From the human T2T-CHM13v2.0 reference genome, Homo sapiens: a DNA stretch of 64,000 nucleotides. Shown here piece by piece: positions 39,455-52,887 of this stretch. Numbering within the stretch: position 1 is the stretch's first letter; every line of letters begins with the position of its first letter. The position numbers and the translations under genes are program-made. The notes under the pieces were generated by a model that was not told the origin of the DNA, did no database searches, and worked only from the letters and a program-made list of their open reading frames with translations. Location: NCBI RefSeq assembly GCF_009914755.1, contig NC_060928.1; one strand, 5' to 3'.

Positions 39455-41130
39455 GTTTTTAAATCAATAGACTCTTTTTTCAGTGATGTAATATTTACAG
39501 ACAAATCGAACAGAAAATACAAAGAGTTCCAATATACTCCGGACCCCTGCTCATTTAAACTCCTTTTACAGTAACACCTTCCATTAGTGTGATATATTAG
39601 TTATAATTGATGAACCAATATTAATACATTATTATTAATGAAAGTCCGCAGTTTATATTAGGGTTTACTTTTTGTGTTATACTGTTGTATGAGTTTTGTC
39701 AATTGTAGTGTCATATATCCACCATTACTGGATAATGCAGAATAGTTTTGCTGCCCAAAACAACTTTTGGGCTCTTCCTATTCACTTTTCTCTCCCTGCC
39801 CTTTATTTTTACATTTCTATAGTTTGCCCTTTTCCAGAATGAAATATTGTTGGAATCCTGCAGTTTGCAGCCCTTTCAAACTGGTGTCTTTCACTGAGAA
39901 ATATGCATTTAAGCTCCTTCATGTATTTTCATGGTTTGATAGCTCATTCCTTTTATTGCTGAAAATATTGCATTGTATCGATGTTCCACAGTTTGTTTAT
40001 CTATTCACCCATTCAAGGACATCTTGGTTGATTCCAAGTTGTGTCGTATATGAATAAAACTACTATAGACACTTATGTGCAGTTTCTTGTGTTTGAAGGT
40101 GAGTTGTACATTCAAATCTTTTGTCCACTTATTAATTGCATTTTCTGTTTCCTTTTTGTTGTTTTTAAAGGTCTTTTGTATTTTTTTGATAAACGTCCTT
40201 TATCAAATATGTACTTGTAAATATTTTCTCTCACTTCGTGGCTTGTCATTTCATTCTCTGATCAGTGTCTTGCAGGGCACACATTTTTATTCTAATTTAA
40301 TGTGTCAATTATATTGGGTCTTTGCATTTCCATATAAACTTTAGAATCAGTTTTTCAAAATTCACCAAGTAACTTGTGTTTGCATTGAATCTATGGATCA
40401 AATGGTGAAGAACTGAGATGGTAACACTACTGAATTTTTCTATTCCTGAATATTTGGTATCTTTCTATTATTTAGAAAAGATTTCTTTGATTTATTTCAT
40501 TAGAGCTTTACAGTTTTCATCAAAAAGAACTTGAACATATTTTTTTAGATTTAAATTTAAGTTGTTTATTTTTCATGCTAATATAAATGGTGTTCTGTTT
40601 AAATAATATTTCAATTGTTCATTGATGATATATAGTAAATCAACTGACTTTTGTATGCCAAAATTGCATTCTGCAACTTTGCTATAACTGCATATTAGTA
40701 CTAGGAGGTTTTTTTCCAATTGTTTCAGACTTTATAAATAGATAATCATGTCATCTGTCAGCAGTTTTATTTCTTGCTTCCCAATCTTTACCTTTTATTT
40801 TCATGACTTGTCTTTTTGCATTAGCTAGAAATGATGAGTGGGCATCCTTGCCTCATTTTCTATCTTAAAGGGAAAACATCCAGTTTCTCACCATTAGGTA
40901 TGATGTTACTATAGGTTTCTTGTGGATATTCTTTATTAAGTTGAGTAAGTTTCTCTCTATTCCAAGTTTGCTGAGAGGTTTTGTTTTTAATCATATATGG
41001 GTATTGGATTTTCTCAAATGTCTTCTCTGCATCTATTTGATATACTCATATAATTTTTCCTCTTTAACCTGTTGATGTTATGGATTAAATTGGTGTTCAA
41101 ATGCTGAAACAGCCTTGCATACCTGGAATT
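39455..41130 (-). mobile_element. L1MC-type 3' portion
   Basis: aatagactctttttt...aacagaaaatacaaagagttcc; gatgaaccaatattaatacattatt; cagtttgtttatctattcacc; ccagtttctcaccattaggtatgatgtta. Confidence 0.85.
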
Positions 41131-41816
41131 ATGTATATTTGTTTTTAAATTTTTATTAGTTGAATTTTGTGAACTACTTTAATAACTGATGTATAAAAAC
41201 TTAAATGTTTATATGGATTGTTCATTATACAATCTGGATTCCCTGCCTCAGATGGTTCCAGTTGAATTTAATAACACCTTTGTTTAGCAAAAAAAAAAAA
41301 AAATTCATTGAGTATTTAAAATATGAAGCATGGTAGTAGTTACTAGTAATGCATTGGTAAGTAAGAAATAGTACTGAAAACTTTCCTGGAGTTTTTATGA
41401 TGTGTAGGAGACAGAAGATGAACTAAAATTTCTACAATGCTGTGAAAGTATTTTGAATAGTACATAGGTATCTTCAGAGACAAATGAGGCTCCCAGAGGT
41501 TGAGCTTAAATTGAGCCTTGAGGCACGTTTCTTAGGTAAATGATACGCTATAAGGAAGAAATAAGATACAAAGATTTAAATGTGATAGCACATCCCCATT
41601 TAGTAAGAACACACCTTAAAGTGTGAAAGGAGTTAAAAAACATAAAATGAAAAGAGATGAGAATATACGGATGGTGGAGTCATAGAACAGGTCTTAAAGA
41701 TAGATTTGTCTCTCTAGTTTATGAATTAGAAAATTTTTTGAAAACTAAAAAAAAAAGCCACTAAGGGTTAAGGTGGCAAACACCGTGTTCATACACGTAA
41801 TTAAGAAATATTAACT

Positions 41817-42352
41817 TAGAAATATCCTCCAATCCAATGATCCCATTACTGGCTATACACCCCAAATAAAACAAATTGTTCTACTAAAAAGACACATGCA
41901 TGCCTATATCCATCACAGCACCACTCACAATAGCAAAGACATGGAACCAACCTAGGTGGCCATTAATGGTGGATTAAAGAAAGAAAATATGGTTACATAC
42001 ATACCATAGAATACTACACAACCATATAAAAGAGTAAAGTCATGTCCTTTGCAGCTAAAGGCCGTTATCCTAAACAAATTAACGCAGGAATAGAAAACCA
42101 AATACCACACATTCTCACTTATATAAATGTTGGGTACTCATGGACATAAAGATGGCGACAATAGCAGTTAGGGGCTACTAGAGGTGGGAGAGAGGGAGGA
42201 AGGGGAGAAGGGTGAAAAAATTAACTATTGGGTACTCTGCTCAGTATTTGGATGATGGTATCATCTGTACCCCAAACTTTAGCATCATGCAATATACCCA
42301 AGGAAAAAAACTGTATGTGTACCTACTGGATCTAAAATAAAAGTTGAAAAAA
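41817..42352 (+). mobile_element. L1PA15/16-type 3' end, 5'-truncated
   Basis: atcccattactggctatacacccc...catggacataaagatggcgacaatag...aactattgggtact...atctaaaataaaagttgaaaaaa. Approximate TSD attaacttaga/attaccttaga. Confidence 0.9.
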
Positions 42353-43056
42353 TTATATACATTACCTTAGAGAAAATTTACAAGATGGATTTTGATTCTT
42401 CACCCTAGATGAATAGACACTGCTCCAAGGCACACATATGGCTTCATTAAAATCAATGGTAGATTAAATTTGGCCTCTACCTCAATACTAGGCACTGGAA
42501 AAAATTCAAAGTACTAACATAAATGACAATTATCTTTGAAAAGTTCATAATCCTCTTAAAATTAATGAATAAATATAAACAAGGACTTTATAAATACAGA
42601 ACCTGAATATGTAGAAAATAAGATAATCCAAGGTTGGTCAAAAACACTACAGTGTGTTGGAAGACAGCAGGAGACAAAGAATAGAATACAAGAAATAAGA
42701 AAAAGGAGGAAAACCCAGAGAGAAATATTGTCCAAACCTGAAAAACTAAATGTTTAAGATGGCAGCCTGAGGAATTCTATGTTCATTTATTTACCTATCT
42801 GTTCAATCAATCTCTAATTCAGTTAACATTTATTTCACAAGTATAATGAAGACAGCTACTTAGCTAGGTGTTAGAAATTTAAAGATTCATAAGTACATAC
42901 TTCTAAAATAAAGGTTCAGAGACAAAGCCGCCAATCATTAATCAGAAAAAAATATTAACACACAATTATACTCATATAACAGGATAAATAAAGCACCAAA
43001 CAGCTCCAAAGAAGAACTTGGGAAAGTTGATATGCTTTGTTAAGAGTATCAATGGC

Positions 43057-43344
43057 AACTGGGCACGGTGACTCACACCTGTAATTCCAGCACTTTGAGA
43101 GGCCATGGTGGATGAATCATGAGGTCAGGAGTTCGAGACCAGCTTGGCCTACATGGTGAAACCCCATTTCTACTAAAAACACAAAAAATTAGCGTGGCAG
43201 GCACCTGTAGTCCCAGCTACGTGGGAGGCTGAAGCGAGAGGATGACTTGAACCCAGGAGGCGGAGCTTGCGGTGAGCTGAGATCACACCACTGCACTCCA
43301 GTGCAGGTGACAGTGCGAGACTCCATCTCAAAAAGAAAAAAAAA
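43057..43344 (+). mobile_element. AluS/Y-type
   Basis: Dimeric Alu with a small deletion after the linker and an A tail. Confidence 0.95.
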
Positions 43345-44119
43345 TACTGTCAGCCAGTATTGTATAATAAATCTCTTTCTACATATCTACATACCTATTT
43401 ATCTATGTCTATCTATATCTTATTAAATTATCTACAAACCCTAACACAATCGGGATGCAGATTTCCCAATATCCCTTTCCTATCTTCCTTCATTTCCACC
43501 AGATCTATAAACGATGACATATTCAGGATATTCCAGGAGAGAAATCAGAAGGCCCAATTTATAAAGAATGGTTTATATACCAACATAAGTACAAGACATA
43601 ATCTCTCTCCAAATTTATTAGGATCAGGAATCTAGGAATTGTGTGTGGATATTTTGAAGTGGCTAGATGGAGAATGAAATAATCGTATATTAGAATAAAT
43701 ATATTGGGCTTGCAGAAATTTATGAATATATGTGTTAGCTTGAGAAATTAAGAGTGATTTTAACTGCTGTTTCATTTCATGGGCTTTATCTGGAAATCAT
43801 TAGTGGCACATTAAATATGAAGTTGAAATTCAAGAAATATCATGATAAGATATAAAGAAGTATATAAGGAATCAAAATGCTGGAGTTGATGGATTATATG
43901 TGATACAACATTTACATCCTAACTATGTCCCTGAGAGAATCCAGAGAATACTATTTTCTATAACATTGAAAAACATATTCATGAATAGAACTCCAATCTT
44001 GAAATTCCTTGAAACTGCCCAATTTGTGGCATAGGAAATGTTACCAGTGAAATTAATTCACTATTTTGATTTGATTGATTATTTTATCCCTAGAATAATA
44101 AACAAAATAGTTTTATGTA

Positions 44120-44305
44120 CCTTGATTGCATAATTGTACGTGGTGAATGTCTTAGAACTACACACTCATATTGTGTCAATGTCAAATGGCTGCTTCTGAT
44201 ATTGTACTATACGTAAGATGTAACTAGTGGGGGAAACTATCTGAAGAGTACACTGGACTTCACTATATTGTTTCTAAATCCCCCCAAAATTACAAATTTT
44301 GAAAA
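44120..44305 (+). mobile_element. L1MC/L1MD-type 3' end fragment
   Basis: tgtgtcaatgtcaaatggctgcttctgatattgtactatacgtaagatgtaactagtgggggaaact...gagtacactggact. Confidence 0.65.
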
Positions 44306-45105
44306 CTGAGGGAATTACCATAGAATAATTTCTCAGGCCTACTGAGACCTTTATAAATCATTTATCAACTGAACCTTTGAAGCTTCTCCTACTTGCTGGT
44401 GAATTACAGTAGAATTTTGTGTTCTCAGGAATTGGTGTTAACTCAGAGAGTGTTGCCAACATCCCCCAAAATGTACTTTTCCCACTGAACATTCTGAAAA
44501 GTGGTTGTAAGTGCCATTAAGGAAAACCATAAGGAAGTTGTGCTTATGAAGTTATCTCAGGGTGCTTCCAAAATAGATCCAAGCCTCAGCAACTTTCAAG
44601 GAACTCTGTATCTATGAACTGACTCAGGAGTGGGAATTTTATCAAGGGCCATTTAAGGGAATTTAAGTTAGTCTCTAGACTTAGAAGGTTCCCACTTATC
44701 CCCTATACCCCAGTTGAGTGGATCAAAGAAGATGTTAGTGGCAGTTAGTGAGTCCATAGCATAACACTATCAGTGGGCGAGCACCAAAGATTGCCAAAGT
44801 TGACATTTCCTTTGTATAGCTGTGGTGACTGTTAGGGTAATCAAGACAACATCATTTTAACAATATTTAAATCAACAAACTTTGAATAAAACAGATTAGT
44901 CCACATTATGTGGTTGGGCCTTATCCAATAAGTTGAAAACCTTAAGAATATAAAACTGATCTCCCTGAAAGGAGATATTCTGCTATCAGACTGCCTTAGG
45001 ACTTGAGGTTCTGCATTAGCTCCTGCTAGAGTTCCAGCCTACCAGCCTACTGCTCAGATTTTGGACTTTGTATAATATAAGCCAATACCTTAATATAAAT
45101 CTCTT

Positions 45106-45118
45106 TAGATAGATAGAT

Positions 45119-45168
<50 letters not shown>

Positions 45169-45226
45169 AAGATACATAGATAGATACATAGATAGATACA
45201 TAAATACCTAGATAGATACATAGATA
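45106..45226. repeat. Compound (TAGA)n/(TACA) tetranucleotide STR
   Basis: (TAGA)3 TGA (TAGA)12 AAGA TACA ... seen directly. Confidence 0.97.
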
Positions 45227-45713
45227 AGCTACAGGTCACATTTGACAGGCTTCCAAATTAACTGCTCGGGAAAGGTCCTAGGATTCATGGCTTACCTCCT
45301 GTCCCTGAGTAAAGAATTTTATCATGAATTCCTCTAATCTTATCGTGAGTTCCTCACAATAGTGTTCACACTCATTAATATGTAACCTATTGACATTTTT
45401 AAAAGCAATAATTTGTTACTGAATCATATATTTTTGTTCATTTGTTTTTGAATTATGAAATTTTACTGATTGTTTTGCATGTAGAACATTTTATTTTAGC
45501 CCGCATGTTGTACTCCGTAGCCAATAATTGTAACCTCTGTATCATACCCTCCAATAAAAAAGGACAACTCCAATATAAGGAATCCCCTTCCCTTTTTCTA
45601 AACTTTTTTAATAAAAGCATTCCAACTTGTAACAGACTTTGAAACATGCTAAACTTTGTTGGTGTGTTTTCTTGGGTCAATCCCCCCACGGCTTCCAATA
45701 AACCTTTATCAAC
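45227..45713 (+). mobile_element. LTR-like insert, probably ERV1/MER4-group; family unresolved
   Basis: Foreign block inside MLT2 with LTR-type layout (gccaataattgtaacctctgtatc...ttaataaaagc...ccaataaacctttatcaaca). Confidence 0.6.
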
Positions 45714-45814
45714 ATGTGAATATGTGTGATACGTGTGTGTCTTTATGTATTCCCCTATTGGTTTTCTTTTATTCTGGAAGATCCTGATCAGTCCAGTCTA
45801 ATCACACAAGCTCT

Positions 45815-46256
45815 TAGTAACAGAGGTCTTTCTCTGGCAGCTGACAAAGGAGAAGAGCAAAAGTGGAGGTCAAAGAGATTTAAAGTGTGAGAAGGACTTC
45901 ATCCACTCCTGCTGGCTTTAAAGAAATATGAGGGAACTACGAGCAATGAAATATGGCAAGTCTCTAGAAATTGCCAACAATACGTGCTGACAGCCGGGAT
46001 ATCAATATTACATGTACATGGAGCTAAAATCGACCGACAACTGAATTGAGTCTAGAAATGGGCTCTCCCAGTTAATTTCTAAGAGCTTAGACTTGCATAC
46101 AACTTGATTTTGACTTTGTAAAACCCTATATAGAGTACTTACTCAAGACCATCAAACTTCTCACCTACAGAACTAGGAAATAATAAATCTCTGCTTGGTT
46201 AAGTAGCTACAGTTTTGGCAATTTATGTCTCATAAATTAAAAAAAAAAGTAATACA
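45815..46256 (+). mobile_element. MaLR LTR, MLT1E-like 3' portion
   Basis: gagaaggacttcatccactcctgctggcttt...aacttctcacctacagaacta...ataataaat...ttaagtagctacagttttggcaattt...taataca. Confidence 0.75.
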
Positions 46257-47425
46257 AGAGGTAATCCAGATATCACAAGATATCACAGTAAAATGTTTAC
46301 AGTTCCAATTGTCTGAGATGTATTGAGGTACAAAACATACTCCAGTAAGGAGAGCTAAATTGATTCCCTCATAGCCTTACTTACACGACGTTGAATTTGG
46401 CTCATTGAAGGCAAAGTTATAGCTTTGTGAGAACCCTGTCTCTGGGGGGATGCTGTCATATGGGGTGAAATATATATTTTGAATGAGTCACCTTTATATT
46501 GTTCCAGATTTCCCAAAAGTAGGATATTAAGGTATTAATATCAAAATATACGCAGGAGTAGAACAATTCACTAATATATACTAAAGGTCTACTTGTGAAT
46601 ATTCGATTGCTATACCTGCAATTTTTCAGTTCCCTTCACTGAAAAATTGTACTACTGTTCCATTTAGAAAGATATGGAATAGCCCACCACACCAATTTTA
46701 GTTCTCATTCAAATAAGGAAAACAGAAAATGTATTATCATTTTAGCTGGGTACATGGATTCTTATTATTAAGAGGAAATAGCATTATAACCACCTAGTAT
46801 ATTCACTGAAGGTGATACCTGAAATTCAAGTGATCCTCTGGGCTATATCATCACACTGTGTATCTATTAGTAAAACTAATAGAAAATTACACTTTAAACA
46901 TATTAGTATGACTACAAAAATTCATGAGTTTTAGTCCAACAAGTAGAGCACGCTGACCCTTGGGGTTGCTGAATAAAGACAAGGATAAATGGAGGGGGTA
47001 GTGTAAGGAGGAAATTATTAACATAAATTATTGCTTTGAGGCTTATGTAAGAAACAAAAAATGTAGGCGCTAGTTCATAATGTTATTTTATTTATTATGT
47101 ACATATTTATATTTATCAATTTTCTTGTTTCCCGCTCTTTTTCCTCTATAATTTTATTCAAGTTTTGCAGGTTGTTATTAAAATAATTCTTTCTGCTTTA
47201 CAGTGTTGCAGAATTGTGACTGAACACGGGGAGGAATGAACATTAGCTAGAGACAAAGATAGTGACCACTGGAATATTATCTCTTTAATTTAGGAAGAAG
47301 TGCAATACATCTCATTTTTATGAAGGAAAATTTTATTATGTTAGGCAAGAACATAGATTTGTTGCTATTATTTTTTTTTGTATGATTGATTATATCCACG
47401 GATGTTGAGTATTCAAAGAGGCAGA

Positions 47426-47935
47426 GTTGAGTTTTCACAAAAATAAAGTGTGTTCTAAGGATTGTTTACTCAATATCTATTCCATTGCCCTTCGACCTTC
47501 TCTTCCAGGGAAGTTGTATTTCTCAGGGTCTCTTGTGACTAAGGATGTAGATGTGGTCTAGGTTAAACCAAGCAGTAGCCCCAACATAAAATGTGAAATG
47601 AAGAAATTAGCAACTTGGAACTGGATGTGAATTTGGAGATGTATATTTCTTTTAAGCATATTGTTAGAGCTATTTGTTTCCTCTTAGTCAATTCTGGTGA
47701 AGGGTGAATGTTTGGTCTATAGCATCTTATGTTCCAAAAGGAATAGTGTGGCAATAGTGAGTTTTCTTACAGTAGAGTCTTGTGGGATGGAAAGTATTTT
47801 CCTTAGCTGTACTTGTATTGACACTGTAGCATTGATATCTGATTTTCTATTCATAGGCTACTTAAACTAATTACATGCTTTCTGCAAAATCTATTAAGAA
47901 TAGATATAGTTATCTGGAACCCAGAATCTAAACAT
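47426..47935 (+). mobile_element. Probable 3' LTR of the ERVL element, LTR16/LTR33-like
   Basis: Follows a polypurine-tract-like caaagaggcagag. Contains gtatttctcagggtctcttgtgactaaggatgtagatgtggtctagg and ends ...gttatctggaacccagaatctaaaca. Confidence 0.45.
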
Positions 47936-49049
47936 CATATGGTGAAAAGATTTTCTATATAATAATAATAGAAAAAATTCTCATTCCAGAAACATTAAAG
48001 GGTAAAGAGACTTTCAAAATAATTGTGGTTCATGCATACTTTCCTCTTTTTGTTGACTTTTAAATTTATTTATCTTCATGCAACCTTTTAGTCTTTCCCG
48101 TGAATTAAATTCACCTGGTAGCCAATTTTCAAAAAGCAATCACATAGCAGCAATTCATTTTTACCACTGGATTCAGGCCGCAGATTAATCACAGGAATAA
48201 TTTCTTTCATTTTTCTAAACGATTATAGCTGTTCTTGCTAGAACCGTTACAGTTAAAGGTCACTCATTATTTGTTATGTCTCTCTTTCAGAGGTATATTT
48301 CTCAGCCATTTTAATTTCCTTGAAATTTACAACTGATAGATATGTCTGGGTATGTAGTTTTATTGGAAAATTACACAAATATATTTATTTTCATAGGATG
48401 TAAAAAAAAATCTGTTCTGAAGAATAGCATTTAGTAAGTATCGCTTCATGAGAATATGTGCTTTTTGTATTTGAAAACTATATATTGTAATGAAAAGTAA
48501 GTAAAAATGCAGTTCTACTGATTTTAATTAAATTCTTAGAATAGAATCTACACATTTTTATAAGAAAATTCTTACTTAAAGTGGATATTAGGTCCATATA
48601 ATTATGGTTGTTGGGAAATAGAAGAATTTTTATAGGATATGAGGATAGTGATCCTTCATATTTCATGTATCTACCACACCTTACTAACTCAGGAGCAAGA
48701 TAGAATCTGGGTTTGCACCATTGGGTTAAATTTTCCTAATTGGTTGGGCACTGGAGACTGACTATATTTCTCTGTGCAGTAAACATATAGAAGAGTAATT
48801 ATCTCAGCTATCGTATGTCCATACAATAATCTAGGCATTTTCAGCAGAAAATGAGTTACTTTTGAGTATCATAGAAAAAGAGTGGTGGTTTAAAACATGT
48901 TATTGATGCTATGATGAATAGTGTATGTTTAAATTTGTGTCCAATTTCTTTATTATTGGATATACAGAGGCATGCATACATTCATAAGTACACACATATA
49001 TCATGTATACATACTGTATATGCATGCATTAAATTTATTGTATTTTTCT

Positions 49050-49520
<471 letters not shown>

Positions 49521-50115
49521 TTTTCTATGTATCCCGGGACCTTGCTGTGTAGAATTATTAATTCTAGTCAGTTCTCTATTGATTTTGTTGGGTTTACTAT
49601 GCTGTCATCAATTCTGCTAATAGTGATTTTTTTTCCCCAAGCCTTTCTAGGCTTTTCTGTACTGTTCTAGAACCACAAATAAAATAGTGAATATATGTGT
49701 TGATTACAAACCTCGGTGAAAGCTTTAAATATTTTACTCTTTTTGCAGCTGGTTTACTGTTTATATTTCTAGCAGATTGAGAAATCTGTCTTTATAGTCC
49801 TAATTTAATAAGAATTTTAAGTATGATGGGTGTTTAAAGTTGTCGACTGCTTTTTTGAATATTATAGGGTCATGTGATTGTTTTTTACTATTAATGTGAC
49901 ATATTGAAGAGATTGATGGTATTAATTGTAAATTGTTAAATGTTAGTTAATACTTCCATTTCTGGAATAAACTCAACTTTTTCCTGTTAATGAATTTTAT
50001 TTGATAACATTTTGTTCTATTTCAAGGAAGTATTATTTGTCTGTATATTTTTACTTTCTTAAATGCTCTTATCAGTTTTAGGTTACAGAGTTTTAAGACT
50101 TTGAAACACGGGCTT

Positions 50116-50440
<325 letters not shown>

Positions 50441-51501
50441 TCAGTTTTTTCTCTAAAGAGCATGTAGAATACCTATGTTATAATTTTTATATATTTTTAG
50501 AAGAATTAACCAGTCTGTAGGAGCCTTGAAATTTATTTTTAAAATGCATTTTAGTAACAGATAAACTTATTTTAATATATATTAGTCATTTTCAATTATC
50601 TATGTCTTTCATTTAAAGTTGAAATTTTAGAAAAACATTAATTTTATCAAAATACTCAAAAGTATTAGTATAAAATTATATTTAATATCCTTTCATTGTA
50701 TTTAATGTCTTCTCCATCAAGAGTGATGTTCCTGAATTAATCATCTATGTTCGTATTTTGTTCTCTTTCTCTCACATCACTGCAGTAGCTAGAAGTTTAA
50801 AAAGTTGTTTTACATTTTCAAAAAAATCCACTTTTTGTCCTTTGGTTTTCTCAATTCTAAATTTTCTTTCTTTATATTTGTTTATTTTTATTTTAGTAAG
50901 TTTCTTCTTTTTATTTTTTACTTTGCTATTCATTTTTAAATATTTAAAATGGTAGCAAGATTTTAGACTTTTATTTTTTTAATACAGGCATTTTTGGCAA
51001 CAACTTTTCTTCTAAGCACAATTAACTGTAATGCACATGATTTTGGACTTTTTCATTTGTTGTTTGTTTTGATGACTGCATTATAATTATTAGGTTCAAA
51101 TATTTTCTTATATGAGGTTCTATTGATTGTTGAGTCCCATAGATTGTTAAGAAGTATATTCATTAATTTATTGCCATTTTGAATAAAATGTTATGGAACT
51201 TTTCACATTATATTCTGGTTAGTATTTTACAACTTAATTCCACTGTGACTAGAAGCATACTTTAAATAATTTTAATCCTTTAATATTGGTTGAAGCTATT
51301 TTTAAGAGTCACAATAAGGTCAATTTATGTTATTTTTCTATATTAACAATAGTTTATTTTTTGTTAGATACTATGTTCTGTATATGTTTACTAAGTCATT
51401 TGTTAATTTTGTTTTTCAGATCTTCCGTATCAATATCGAGAGTTTTTTCTTATTTAAAAAAATCATCCATTGAGAGAATTGTTTTCAAATCTTCTGCTAT
51501 G

Positions 51502-51659
51502 GGCTGGGCGTGGTGGCTCATGCCTGTAATCCCAGTACTTTGGGAGGCTGATGTGGGAGGATGGCTTGATCACAGGAGGTGGATGTTGGAGTGAGCTGTG
51601 ATTGCATCACTGCACTCCAGCCTGGGTGACAGAGCCAGACCCTGTCTCAAAAAAAAAAA
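51502..51659 (+). mobile_element. Alu monomer, FRAM-like
   Basis: Single arm ggctgggcgtggtggctcatgcc...gagccagaccctgtctc followed by poly(A). Confidence 0.9.
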
Positions 51660-52307
51660 GTTGTCTATGATGATTATATAACTAATTGTTTCATCCCTTT
51701 AGGCTGTTCATTTTTAAACACATATTTTAGAATAATGCTGGTGACAATGAAATTTAGAAATGTGTTATCTTCCTAGGAGTTTGATTCCATCGTCATTATG
51801 AAAAGTTTTTCTTTATTCTTAGTAATGTCTCCGTCCTTAAAGTTTACTCTGACCAATATTAAAATAAATGCCTTAAATTTTTATTGGCTATGGATTTCAT
51901 GGAAAAACTTTTACATTAAAACTTTCTAAATACTAACAGTTTGCTTATGTTGACTGTAAGTCTCTTATAGATGGCTTTCAATTTTTTATTTTATTTTATA
52001 TTTGTCTTTTCATTAGGGTATCTATTCTTTTTGTATTTAATGTAAATTCTTGGCATATTTGTATTTAAATCCACTTTCTATTTACTTGTTTTCTATTTTG
52101 CCCACTTATTAAAGCTTTGTTCTCCCTCCTCATCTTATTTTTGAATATATATATTCAAATAGAAAATATTTTCCAATGAAATCATATGTAATAAAATTAT
52201 GCAAACACACATGTATATATATGATTTTATATTTTCTCAAAGTTAAACTCAAGGAAAGTCACTGTTTTATCTCTTTTGCAGTCACATTTTCAGCCTCTGT
52301 TCCAGTT

Positions 52308-52436
52308 TGTCCACAAAGGTGCAATGCAGTACAGAAAGAATATTTTAGGATGGATTAATAATATTTATGAGATCTTTTAAATAAATTCCACTTAATTGAC
52401 ATGCACCAGCTCCTCCTTTCCTTCACAACAAAAATT
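52308..52436 (+). repeat. Direct repeat, copy 1 (~130 bp)
   Basis: Aligns to 52757-52887 with about 17 substitutions and one 2-bp indel. Confidence 0.92.
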
Positions 52437-52756
52437 GCTTCTGAAAGAATTAATATATTAAGTTTTTACTCTGAAATAGCTCTTAAAAACCCTTTCTTTT
52501 CATTGGTTTCTGTGTTTTCCTTTTTTAAATAAAATGCCCATTTGTATTGCAGAGCTTTTAAGATTTGATTTTCCTGTAGAAATGATTTCTGAAACAGATT
52601 AGAATTTTCATAAAAAAGCATTTAAGTTGTCAAATATGTTATTTATGTTTTCCTTATATACACTTTAAATTGCCTTGGAAAGAAATTTTTAAAATATATT
52701 TAAAGTGCACCTATTAACATGTTAAATTGGAACTTATTTTTATTTGGTAATAATGA

Positions 52757-52887
52757 TGTTCACAAAGGCACAATGCAATAGAGAAAGATCATATTTTAGG
52801 ATAGTTTAATTATATGGATAAGATCTTTTAAATAAACTTCACTTAATTGACATGCACCAGCTTCTCCTCTACTTTACAACAAAAATT
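52757..52887 (+). repeat. Direct repeat, copy 2 (~130 bp)
   Basis: Shares agatcttttaaataaa and cacttaattgacatgcaccagct with copy 1. Confidence 0.92.

Larger units (their letters stand above)
44860..45796 (+). mobile_element. MLT2 (ERVL LTR), interrupted at its microsatellite
   Basis: aaatcaacaaactttgaataaaacagatt...gggccttatccaataagttgaaaacctt...gccaataccttaatataaatctct, ending cctattggttttctttattctggaagatcctga. Confidence 0.8.
43500..47425 (+). mobile_element. Decayed ERVL-class internal sequence with nested insertions: gag remnant ~43500-44060, integrase/dUTPase remnant ~46300-47000
   Basis: Colinear resemblance to recalled HERVL gag (gaagttgaaattcaagaa...atgctggagttgatggatt...aatccagagaatacta) and integrase/dUTPase (ttgaatgagtcacctttatat...gctgggtacatggattcttattattaagaggaaatag). 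No intact ORF. Confidence 0.65.

Noticed and set aside
52140-52159. Perfect 20-bp palindrome tttgaatatatatattcaaa
   Set aside because: The core is a TA repeat, which is unremarkable in such AT-rich DNA.
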